Notes: generated from the letters alone by a model not told the origin. A stretch of 64,000 bases of DNA from Tubiluchus corallicola (GCA_030141605.1 JAQGDQ010000016.1:1056282-1120281), one strand, 5' to 3'. Shown: positions 38,553 to 50,033, numbered from the stretch's first letter. Translations and numbers: made by a program.

Positions 38553-38884
38553 TGATTTTTGATTTTTATAAAAAAAAATCAAAACAGTTTACCTTGTTCT
38601 TGTGTTTCGCTTAATCTATCCATTATTTCTACGTTATCTGTCTGTAACAAAATGCAGAAGTTGAGCAACCTCGAACCTGGTTTTGCGTTTGAATGGGTGA
38701 CTGCCCAGGACTTGTAAATTATGTCATATTTAAAAGGCAATATACTTGAGCACGGTATTTCCACCTCCCTGATACTTTACAATTTCATGTGATATTTTTA
38801 TTTATACTTTGCATTACAATACTAGAAATATTTGCTGTTCATGTACATCATTTCTATGTTAACTCGTCTTAAGAAACTGCTAAT

Positions 38885-39004
38885 GTCTACGGCCATATCA
38901 CATTGAATACACCGGTTCTCGTCTGATCACCGAAGTTAAGCAATGTAGAGCGTGGTTAGTACTTGGATGGGTGACCGCCTAGGAATACCACGTGCTGTAG
39001 TCTT
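38885..39004 (+). rRNA. 5S rRNA gene, copy 3
   Basis: Full-length 5S with T-run terminator. Confidence 0.93.
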
Positions 39005-39842
39005 TTTAGTGATTGACAATTATCTAGCGAAGTGTGTGCACAACACGAACACTTTAGATTGTCTTTGATTTTTGGAAGTTGAAGTGGTGGAAATAAATGT
39101 CTGTCTCGACCTTACGTTGATTTTTATTTTTTTGCATTTTAATGTGAAAAACTATCTATTTGTTACGTTTCTCGAATGTTACACAAGGTAAGGAAAAATG
39201 AAAATAAACTAGAAAATCAGCCACTGCCCTTCAAAAATGATTTTTGATTTTCATAAAAAATCAAAACAGGTACTTTGTTATGCTTGGAAATCGTAGTAAT
39301 CGTAGTATGCGTAGAAAATCAGCCACTGCCCTTCAAAACTGATTTTTGATTTTCATAAAAAATCAAAACAGGTACTTTGTTACTACGTTCACCGTAATCT
39401 ATCTACTGTTTCTATATTATCTCTTTTTAACGAAATGCAGAAGTTAAGCAACCTCGAACCTGGTTTGGTTTTGCGTTTGAATGGGTGACTGCCCGGCGAC
39501 TGCTGATGCTGGTAACTTCTTAACTTGGTGCTTAGACTTTTTTAAATGGTCAGGAAGGGTGATGAAAAATGCTGTAAGATCTTCTTCACCACTCAAAAAT
39601 GGATTTTTGTTCTGACAAATATTTTTAAATGAAGAATATTTTTGCTTGTTCATGCTTGATCATTCTCATGTTTAATTATGTCATATTTAGAAGGTAATAT
39701 ACTTGAGCTCGGTATTTCAACCTCCCTGATACTTTATAATTTCATGTTATATTTTTATTTATACTTTGCATTACAATACTAAAAAGGTTTGCTTGTTCAT
39801 GTACATCATTTCTATGTTAACTCGTCTTAAGAAACTCCTAAT

Positions 39843-39907
39843 GTCTACGGCCATATCACATTGAATACACCAGTAATCGTCTGATCACCGAAGTTAAGCA
39901 ATGTAGA
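39843..39907 (+). pseudogene. 5' half of a 5S rRNA gene (truncated copy 4)
   Basis: Matches 5S nt 1-65 with upstream spacer, then changes abruptly into a 17-bp satellite. Confidence 0.9.
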
Positions 39908-40678
39908 CTATTGTCTACAGTGCACTCTTGTCTACAGTGCACTCTTGTCTACTGTGCACTATTGTCTACAGTGCACCCTTGTCTACAGTGTACTCTTGTC
40001 TACAGTGCACTATTGTCTACAGTGCACTATTGTCTACAGTGCACTCTTGTCTACTGTGCACTCTTGTCTACTGTGCACTATTGTCTACAGTGCACTATTG
40101 TCTACTGTGCACTATTGTCTACAGTGCACTCTTGTCTACTGTGCACTCTTGTCTACTGTGCACTATTGTCTACTGTGCACTATTGTCTACTGTGCACTAT
40201 TGTCTACAGTGCACTCTTGTCTACTGTGCACTCTTGTCTACTGTGCACTATTGTCTACTGTGCACTATTGTCTACAGTGAACTCTTGTCTACTGTGCACT
40301 ATTGTCTACAGTGCACTCTTGTCTACTGTGCACTCTTGTCTACTGTGCACTATTGTCTACTGTGCACTATTGTCTACAGTGAACTCTTGTCTACTGTGCA
40401 CTATTGTCTACCGTGCACTATTGTCTACCATGCACTATTGTCTACTGTGCACTATTGTCTACTGTGCACTCTTGTCTACAGTGAACTCTTGTCTACTGTG
40501 CACTATTGTCTACAGTGCACTCTTGTCTACTGTGCACTCTTGTCTACTGTGCACTATTGTCTACTGTGCACTATTGTCTACAGTGAACTCTTGTCTACTG
40601 TGCACTATTGTCTACCGTGCACTATTGTCTACCGTGCACTATTGTCTACAGTGCACTATTGTCTACTGTGCACTATTG
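39908..40678. repeat. 17-bp minisatellite, about 45 copies
   Basis: Unit ttgtctac(a/t)gtgcact(a/c). Confidence 0.97.
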
Positions 40679-42173
40679 AGCTTTAAAACCAAGACTTCGT
40701 ATACTTAAAAGTAAAAGGTCATTTACTGCCATTGTCAGCAAAAACAATGGAGAAAAATCGTGGCATGGATTTTTTGCAAAAAATTACGGATTCATGCAAC
40801 CAAAGTCCACTGCAAGATGCTGCAGACTTCGACGAATTATCAGCAGCTCAGAAAATTACACAGAAAAAAGCTTAGAATCAATGCGATTAGCTGCATTAAA
40901 GACCTTCGGTTACACCAAGAGACTTAGCTAATTAACTTCAGTAATTGCTATAATGTAGTTGCTTTGTGACATATGCTGTGATTACAATCCCACATATTCG
41001 CCTGTTTTTCCATTACTTCCTTGTATAATTGTTGTCTGATAAACAGTTTCTCTGTCTGTTCTTTGTTCTCTGCTTGATTGGTTGGTTGGGTGGCATACTA
41101 GCTGTCAGACATTGGTTGATTGGTTGTTTGGTGAGTAAGTCGGTTGTTCAGACAACCGATTGGTTGGTTGACTGATTGAGAAGTAGGTGTAGTTCTGAAT
41201 GTGCTTGTCGTGTTGTACACTGGATGCATGTCTCCTAGCTTGCTTACTTGGAAAGCTTTTTAGGTGCTTTGCAGAGTAGTGAGTTGATTGTGTGTTTTCT
41301 TTTATTTGACTGATTAATTTTCAAGTTTAATTTGTTTCCATGACACTTTCGCGTTAACTGTATTTTGCCGCTTGATATTGTTGGGATATTTCTCAGATAT
41401 AAGGCATTACATGTGTTCCATTAATGTAATTAGTCAATTGTGTTCGTGATTTCGCTCTTTGTCCCTTGTATAGCTGTTTTCCATGTAACAGATTTCTGTG
41501 TATTATCTGGTCTTCAATATAAAAATCATGTACGTCTTTATGTTATTACTTTGTAAGCTTTGTACCTTTACTAAATTTAGCTGCTTATGTTTGCATTTGC
41601 ATACAAACCTTAGTTCACATTTTTATAGTTATTTGTGCTATTTGTACTTTACTTTTCATTAATTTCTATTAACTGTAGAACTTATTGTTAATATATTATA
41701 ATGTTAATATAATATAACAATTATCATATTGACAATTTTGCTGTTCTTTTTTACAAAAATTTATTTCTCACAAAGAAGAGTTTCAGAATTATACACAACC
41801 GATTTAGATTTCTATTTTTAACGTCTCATGATAAACGTGCAGCGATTAACTTTTAATTTATTTTCTTTGTATGGAGAATCCTCAAAACGACTCGAATCGA
41901 AACAAGGGAATATTTTACCTTCACATACAGATATAGTAAAGATAACTTAGACTAGCATTTACATCTTTTACATTAGAAAAACATTGAAAAGGCAGTCTGA
42001 AATATAACAGCTACAAGTGGATCTGAAACAAACGTGGATATATCAAGGAGAAGTGGATCTACGTCAAGCACGGATGGACTCCGGATCTGTTGAAGAACTA
42101 TTCTACTGTCCATAACTGTAGAAGTATTGTAAAAAGAATGTTCAATCTATGTTCAACTTGGGAATCACAGGAT

Positions 42174-43125
42174 TTACCAGAAACCACCACCGTATCCACG
42201 GCCATAAGATACACGTCCGTAGCCACCAAGTCCACCGTATCCACGTCCGTAGTAACCACGGCCATATCCACCATATCCACCAAATCCACCATATCCACGT
42301 CCGTAGTAACCACCGCCATATCCACCAAATCCACCGTATCCACTTCCATATCCGTAACCTAATCCACGTCCATAGCCAAGGCCACGTCCATAGCCCAAGC
42401 CTCGTCCGTAGCTGCCACCATAAAATCCGCTGGCACTGACTACAGCAACCTACAAATGTATTATCAATGAAACTGTTGTACAAATGAACTTATCAATGAA
42501 ACTGTTGTACACGTGAACTTATCAATGAAACTGTTGTACAAATGAACTATCAATGAAACTGTTGTACAAATGAACTATCAATGAAACTGTTGTACAAATG
42601 TACTTATCAATGAAACTGTTGTACAAATAAACTTATCAATGAAACTGTTGTACAAATGTACTTATCAATGAAACTGTTGTACAAATAAACTTATCAATGA
42701 AACTGTTGTACAAATGAACTATCAATGAAACTGTTGTACAAATGTACTTATCAATGAAACTGTTGTACAAATGAACTTATCAATGAAACTGTTGTACAAA
42801 TGAACTTATCAATGAAACTGTTGTACAAATGTATTATCAATGAAACTGTTATACAAATAAAAACTTCTTGTTCTTTTAACTTCTTTTGTCTCCAAATGTA
42901 ATTAAATAGTTTGACTGAAATGTTGTTGGCTAACACAAACCAATGCCAAGTACATGTGTCGACGTACTTTGATTGATGCAGTAAAGGCTACGTTGTATTA
43001 AATAGAAACGTGAATGTAAATTAACTAGGTGTGGTACTCGAACATGAACAATTGGCTAAATTGTGAAATTCCGTCCATAGACGACTTACCAAAACGGCAA
43101 GGAGGAAAGCTAGAGTGATCTTCAT
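42174..43125 (-). CDS. Secreted Gly/Tyr/Arg-rich protein (103 aa; GYGRG/GGYG repeats)
   Basis: Coding exons 43090-43125 (MKITLAFLLAVL) and 42174-42449 (VAVVSA-SGFYGGSYGRGLGYGRGLGY...GGGFW*), GT-AG, phase 0. A probable non-coding first exon has its donor at about 43961. Confidence 0.88.
42451..42857. repeat. About 30-bp minisatellite, about 13 copies
   Basis: Unit tatcaatgaaactgttgtacaaatgaact, in the intron of the Gly/Tyr-rich gene. Confidence 0.95.
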
Positions 43126-44399
43126 TTTCCTAACAAGAAAAAATATTTAATTAACAAACTAGAACTTGAATGGGCATTCGATAAAAAATCAATAATTGTC
43201 ATTTTCCAAATTATTTTAGCATAAAACTGACAATGCTCTAATGATCAATGTTGTTTGGTGAAGAGACTGCAATCAAAAGTGATGAAAACTCACCTAATGC
43301 TGATCAAGGGTTAAATAAAGTGTTTGATACATGTATTAGTACAACATGTATTATACTAAATTTCGCAAAAAAGAAGACAATTAGTCAGTTTGTGCTAAAT
43401 TTCTTTGGTAGCCAAAGTTAAGCAGTCGCAAAAAGACTGTGAAGCATCAATGAACGCCTGGATTAAGTTTAGATTATGCCGGTTTAGTAGCGGAAACCGT
43501 TTAAAACAGAATTTTGATACGTTCAATATTTTGATGGCTTAGAGGTAAACGTATTATGTAAAATTTGCAATAAATTAAGACATTTGTGCTAAATTTCCTT
43601 CTTAGCAAAAATTAAACAAACTCGAAAAGCTAAAAGAGACAAAAACGGGGATAGGTATGTACATTTTACGTTTTCAAACAGTTTCCCTTACTGACTCGTA
43701 CGTTTCAAAATGTAAAATAATTTCGTCTCAATCTTGCTACTCCTATATTGTAGATAAAGTTTGTCGTAAATGTTAAGATAAAACGAAACATCTTGTAAGT
43801 TTACTCTTCAAAAAATACCACTGAATGTATTACCAAGAAATCTTTCAAACATTTTAAAAAAAGTTGCCGTTTGTAACGATAAAAAACGCAGTTCGTAAGA
43901 TGACTAGGTCATATACTAAAACTTCAAAATGCTTACTTTAGTAATAGTAAAAAATACTTACAATTATAAGTTGAGTTGAGATTCGTGTGGTACCACAGAC
44001 GACAGGCGTATGGTAGCAACACCGGTCTCATCACGCCTTAAATACTTCCATCGGCTGGTGACCATGAGAGTCAAGCTCTTAATCACAGATACCTGAAGTC
44101 AGCAGCAGCAGTAGCAGCCGGATTTTTAACGAACAACCTTCTGTCACCCATCAAAATAAAAGTGTTGTTTTCTGTCCTGAGAGACCGCGCATGTAATTTA
44201 AAGCCCTAGCAAGGCAGTTACTGAATATGAAACAAACAGAAAAACAATGACGTCTCTGTGCATTACCAGTGTAAATTAACGTTAGTGGAAGGTTGGAAAA
44301 ACGCCTTTTATTTGAATGCATGTGTTTTGTTGATACTGATAATTATTTTCCCTAAAAAAACTTGAAGGGTACAGGGGGTAAGTGATTTGTAGTTAATTG

Positions 44400-45560
44400 T
44401 GCTCAACAGAAAATTGGAGACATAGTTTAGACAACAAGCAATACATTTTAGCGGCATTTTTGGATTTAAGTAAAGCATTCGATAGCATTAACGCTCGAAC
44501 TACTTTACGATAACTTAAAACAAATCAGATTTTATTCGATATCGTTAAAACTGATAGAAAATCATCTCAAAGATGGACAAGAACGAGTAATGATACAACC
44601 AACTTTTCTGACTGGGCAACGTTAAACAGACGTATACCGCAAGGAACACTACTACTTTATTATTTTGCCTATATATAAACAACATATCCAGTGTATTACA
44701 ACACTCACAAATAACGCTGATGACACTACAATCTACATAGCCCATGAAAATATCCAAACTGCAAAAATTTATTTAGAAAAAGATATAAAAAATATAAATA
44801 CGGCATTTAGTCATTACAAGCTAAATATGAATAATGACAAAACATAAACCATGATACTGTCACCCTCATTAAATACTAATGATGCATCATCAACCACTTT
44901 GACAATAGATAATGCTGTAATCAAACAAACTAATAATGATAAATTTCTGGGCATACAGGTAGACAATAATCTTTCACGGGATGACACTTTAATAACATAT
45001 ACACAAAAATGGCATCAAGCACATCATATCTCCGACAAGTTAAAGGGCAGCTAATAAAGGAAACTAAGTCACTAATATATAAAACTTTAGTTCTACCACA
45101 CTTCTTATATGGATGTACGCTACTTCAAAAAACCAAAAGAGAAAATTACTTAAAATTAAATCTCCTTCAGAACTATGTGTTGAGATTAATAGCTGGGTAC
45201 TCATACAAACGTAAGGCAGGTAGACAAAAATTTAAAGCTTCAACAACTAACCTGAGAAAAACGTAAAAATTCCCAATCATTGAAGCACACAAAGAATATT
45301 TTACTCTGCTTTTTACATTTAAATACATTAACAACATCAGCAAACCATTCCGGAATAACAGATTTACCTTTTTTCCAAGTCTAATCGTTAATTCCAGAAC
45401 AAGCAATCTAAAACAAATTAGGACAAATACCCACTATGGAACGAACTCTGTAATCAAACAAGCAATTCTACTTTGGAATTCTCTACCATTACAGGTTAAA
45501 CAAATCAAGTCCCTATCAGCATTTAAAACAAAATTAAAATAACTAATATTAACCTAATAT
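44400..45560 (+). mobile_element. Decayed CR1/L2-group LINE, RT domain and C-terminus
   Basis: Frameshifted motifs AAFLDLSKAFDSIN, ADDTTIY, KFLGIQVDNNLS, IYKTLVLPHFLYG and LWNSLPLQVK...FKTKLK. Confidence 0.85.
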
Positions 45561-45771
45561 GAAATATCATCACACCAGTACGACAACATACACACTAATT
45601 CAGAATTTATATATCCACGGCCATATTAATTAAATCATACTTTTTTCGTTTTTTGTTCATAGTTGTAAATATGCTTGATTTTATTCGTCATTACTGCACA
45701 GTAAGTTTAGCAGTGTAAGTTTTTATTAACTAACACTGATTGATCATCTCTGTAAAGTTACTCTTACTTTA

Positions 45772-45890
45772 CCTCACTCACTCACTCACTCACTCACTCA
45801 CTCACTCACTCACTCACTCACTCACTCACTCACTCACTCACTCACTCACTCACTCACTCACTCACTCACTCACTCACTCACTCACTCACT
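45772..45890. repeat. (CTCA)n microsatellite
   Basis: Directly visible; lies between the LINE 3' end and the antisense 5S relics. Confidence 0.95.
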
Positions 45891-45894
45891 TACT

Positions 45895-46105
45895 CCTGCA
45901 GCACCTGGTATTCCTTGTTGGTCCCCCATCCAAGTACTAACCCCCCTCTTCGTTGCTTAACTTCGGTGATCAGAAGAGAACCGGTGTCTTCAACGTGATT
46001 TGAACCTAGTATTCCTTGTCGGTCACCCATCCAAGTACTAACCCGCCTCTTCGTTGCTTAACTTCGGTGATCAGACGAGAACCCTTGTCATCAACCTGTT
46101 TTGAA
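45895..46105 (-). pseudogene. Two tandem 5'-truncated 5S rRNA pseudogenes (antisense)
   Basis: The reverse complement contains TGATCACCGAAGTTAAGCAACG...GGTTAGTACTTGGATGGG..ACC twice (about 45895-46002 and 46004-46100). Confidence 0.85.
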
Positions 46106-46403
46106 CAACCGGTATTTTCAACGCCGTAATTGTGTATAAGCAGATGCGCGTGATATACAAGAATTGCAAACTTGCTACATAGGAACATGTACTAATGCGT
46201 ATAAATTGTCCTCAAATACCAGTAAAATCCACACTAAGTTTCGTTTATTAACAATCAGTATGCAAATCAGTAACAACAGTATACAAACATGTTTAATATT
46301 AGCCTATATCGATTCGATTTTTTTACTTTTTCAAGAACGGAAGTGAACGAGTTAAAAAAAGACAAAAATTCGGATTTCCGTGATAAGTAATCTAGCTTGT
46401 CGC

Positions 46404-46627
46404 CTAGAATTCACAAATATACGGAAATTTTGCTGTATCACACGAGAAGTCATTCCACGTGTTCCCATTTGCCCGCAAGATGGCGCAGCTTTCGCCATCG
46501 CCGTAATTTTCTGGTTGGCCATCTGCTACATCCCAAGAAGTAAAAAGGGCAGGTCGACCTGTTGCAAACCACCTCCAGTCACCCTCCTCGTGTATGTCCA
46601 TTAAACCAATCCAAAAATGCTCACCAG
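46404..46627 (-). CDS. C-type lectin domain, terminal exon (gene incomplete or pseudogene)
   Basis: After an AAG acceptor: GEHFWIGLMDIHEEGDWRW...W...QPEN...ESCA...WNDFSC...YICEF*. A possible phase-compatible 35-nt exon lies at 46779-46813; the N-terminal CTL exons were not found. Confidence 0.75.
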
Positions 46628-47228
46628 CTTTATTAAAAACAAAATATAATTAATATTAAATTTGGTTATTTACCATTATATTTTCATATAATATAACAGT
46701 TATTTAACTTTTATACATTCCTCGGCAATTATAACGTACTTTACCACTCCCATGAAACACTAAAATAACAAATATTACCAGTGATTTTTTTGAAATTTTT
46801 TTGCTCAAACAGCCTGCAGAAAAAAACGTTCTGACGGCACCTGGTGGGACTCTCGAAGGGAGATATACAGCTCTTTAGAAAGGGGAAGAACAGGGCTATA
46901 CGATGATGTGGGCTATATTAGGACACGTCCATCAAGAGCAGTGACGACGACTTAATTAGATGTTCTATTTTTGGCAATTTTCGCTTGGAAAACTGCTGAC
47001 GCAAAGCCATTGTTGTGACGTCATCCATTATACTCTGCCTGTAACTTTAATTCAGTAAAAGCTTCTGGCTTTGCGTTAGATAAACAGACAAACACTAGGT
47101 AGAATGTTTGCGCATATTTGATTATGAGTGGATTTATAAGCAAAATTTTTTTGCGGGGCCTTTGCTAGTTTGTTTATTAATTCACTCAATCGTTTATTCA
47201 CACACAATCATTCATTCATTTATTCAGT

Positions 47229-47390
47229 TAGTCAGTCAGTCAGTCAGTCAGTCAGTCAGTCAGTCAGTCAGTCAGTCAGTCAGTCAGTCAGTCAGTCAGT
47301 CAGTCAGTCAGTCATTCGGTCGGTCGGTCGGTCGGTCGGTCGGTCGGTCAGTCGGTCGGTCGGTCAGTCAGTCAGTCAGTCAGTCAGTCA
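47229..47390. repeat. (GTCA)n/(GGTC)n microsatellite
   Basis: Directly visible. Confidence 0.95.
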
Positions 47391-48115
47391 TTCGTTCACT
47401 CATTCAGTAAATAATTTAAAAAACTTACAATTACTTATTTATTTGTGTGATTTATCTGCAGACAATTAAGACAAAATCAATATTCAAGCTACGAAGAAAT
47501 AAAAACACAAATAGATAAACAGACAAAATGACACAAAACATACAAATAGTGTAATCTTCAAGAATCACGAAATTGTAATGTGACATGCAATGACATAATC
47601 GATGAAAAGTTGATCCAAGTTACTCCAAGGTCTTGCATAACCTCACATTTGGTCACTCACTAGCGGAGACGAAAGGTATGCATCTGAGAAATAATGGGTA
47701 AAAGCCCAAGGAGTCAAATCAAATATTGCAAACTGCAGCAATTATCATTTTGAATTTGCCAATGATTGCTTGATTTACTATAATAGTTATTTCAGTTGAG
47801 AGCTTTACAAGTTGTACAAGATGTACTCAAAAACTAATCACGTACAGTCAAGATGTACACGCTACAGAATCTCCTAGTAAGACTGCTATTCGTTGTTAAT
47901 TATTACTAGTAAATTAGTTAATTCCAGTTCTTATCGGTTTAGCATGTCCCATTAACTTGGAAAATGGTCAAACGTAACACATTTCTCATTTGTATTTTTC
48001 TCATAGGAATATATGATGGCAGCGAAGACAACTCTCTAATCCAATGCTGTTTTATCGTACACCTGGTTTTACTAGATTATGAATACTATAAATACTACTT
48101 GTGCTGTGCCGAGCA

Positions 48116-48237
48116 AGCTACAGCCAAATCACGTTGAAAACACCGGTTTTCGTCTGATCCCCAAAGTTAAGTAATGTAGAGACCCTGGTTAGTACTTGGA
48201 TGGGTGACCGCCTAGGAATACTACGTGCTGTTGACTT
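48116..48237 (+). pseudogene. Diverged 5S rRNA copy (probable pseudogene)
   Basis: Full-length 5S-like sequence with many substitutions; it has the downstream spacer but no upstream spacer. Confidence 0.85.
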
Positions 48238-48882
48238 TTTTGCTAGTGCCTATTAACTATTGAAGTGTGTGCACAACACGACCATTTCATTTTTGCAGAA
48301 TTGTTTCTGACTTTTGGAAGTAGAAGTGATAGGAATAAGTGTCTGTCTGAACATTATTTTGATTTTTATTTGCTTTGCATTTTAATGTCTAAAACTATCT
48401 ATTTGTTACGTTTCTCAAATACTACACACAAAAATTCAAAACAGATACTTTGTTACTACGTTCACCTTAATCTATCTATTATTTCTATATTATCTCTTTT
48501 AACGAAATACAGAAGTTACGCAACCTCGAACCTGGTTTGGTTTTGCGTTTGAATGGGTGACTGCCCGGGACTGACATTTTTTTAAATGGTCAGGAAGGCT
48601 GATGACAAAAGCTGTAAAATCTTCTTCAACACTCAAAAATGGATTTTTGTTCTGACTGATATTTTTAAATGAAGGATCTCTTTGCTTGTTCATGCTTGAT
48701 CATTCCCATGTTTAATTATGTCATATTTAGAAGGTAATAGACTTGAGCACGGTATTTTAACATCTCTGATATTTTAGAATTTCATATGATATTTCTATTT
48801 ATACTTTGCATTAAAATACTAAAAAGGTTTGTTTATTCATGTACATCATTTCTATGTTAACTCATCTTAAGAAACTGCTAAT

Positions 48883-49002
48883 GTCTACGGCCATATTACA
48901 TTGAATACACCGGTTCTCGTCTGATCACCGAAGTTAAGCAATGCAGAGTGTGGTTAGTACTTGGATAGGGGACCGCCTAGGAATACCACGTGCTGTAGAC
49001 TT
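48883..49002 (+). rRNA. 5S rRNA gene copy in the second sub-array
   Basis: Full-length 5S with T-run terminator and the same spacer on both sides; several substitutions. Confidence 0.85.
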
Positions 49003-49707
49003 TTTTGCTAGAGTGATTATTAACAATCAAAGTGTGTGCACAACACGACCATATCATTTTGACAGTATTGTTTTTGATTTTTGGAAGTTGAAGTGGTGGA
49101 AATAAATGTCTGTCTCGACATTACGTTGATTTTTTTTGGCATTTTAATGTGAAAGACTATCTATTTGTTACGTTTCTCGAATATCACACAAAGTGAACAA
49201 AAATGAAAATAAAACTAGAAAATCAGCCACTGCCCTTCAAAAATTATTTTTGATTTTCATATAAAAATTCAAAACAGATACTTTGTTCCTACGTTCACCT
49301 TAATCTATCTATTATTTCTATATTATCTCTCTTTAACGAAATGCAGAAGTTAAGCAATCTCGAACCTGGTTTTGCGTTTGAATGGGTGACTGTCCGGGAA
49401 TTCTGGTATTGCTAACTTCTTAACTTGGTGCTTAAATTTTTTTTAAATGGTCAGGAAGGGTGATGACAAATGCTGTAAAATCTTCTGCACCACTCAAAAA
49501 TGGATTTTTGTTCTGACTGATATTTTTAAATGTGTATTCTTTTTGCTTGTTCATGCTTGATCATTCCCATGTTTAATTGCGTCATATTTAAAAGATAATA
49601 TACTTGAGCACGGTATTTGAACCTCCCCGATACTTTATAATTTCATGTGATATTTTTATTTATACTTTGCATTACAATACTAAGAAGGTTTGCTCGTTCA
49701 TGTATAA

Positions 49708-50033
49708 TGTTACAGAGGCACCTGTGTCGGGTGTAGGGCCCTCTACACGCCCTGCTTTCACGTCAGCAGCGACTCACCCCTTTTTTGTAGGTCCAGACGT
49801 CTTGTTTGGGCCTACACGTGGTGGAAGAAGCCAGCAGCCCTGGAATGCCAGTAAAAAAGCGTGTAGAGGTCACTAGAGCCTTGATTTGTGACACAGCTGC
49901 TCCTCGGGCGTAGTGCTGTTACTTAGCTATTTTTTGTGTGTGTATTTTGTTCCCCTATAAGTGCTGGTAATAAACTCCGTACAGTGTAATTTTTGTGTTT
50001 TATATTGTGAGAGTTAAATGACATGCTATAACA
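49708..50033 (+). mobile_element. Possible solo LTR ending the second 5S sub-array
   Basis: GC-richer 326-bp block bounded by TGTTA...TAACA, with AATAAA about 60 nt from its end. It interrupts the spacer just before the next expected 5S gene. No TSD seen. Confidence 0.45.

Noticed and set aside
39911-40708. Cys-rich ORFs of 265, 252 and 111 aa
   Set aside because: Translations of the 17-bp satellite in rotating frames.
47661-47683. Possible micro-exon of the C-type lectin gene
   Set aside because: It has AG/GT boundaries, but joining it to the 46779-46813 exon creates a stop, and it has no CTL motif.
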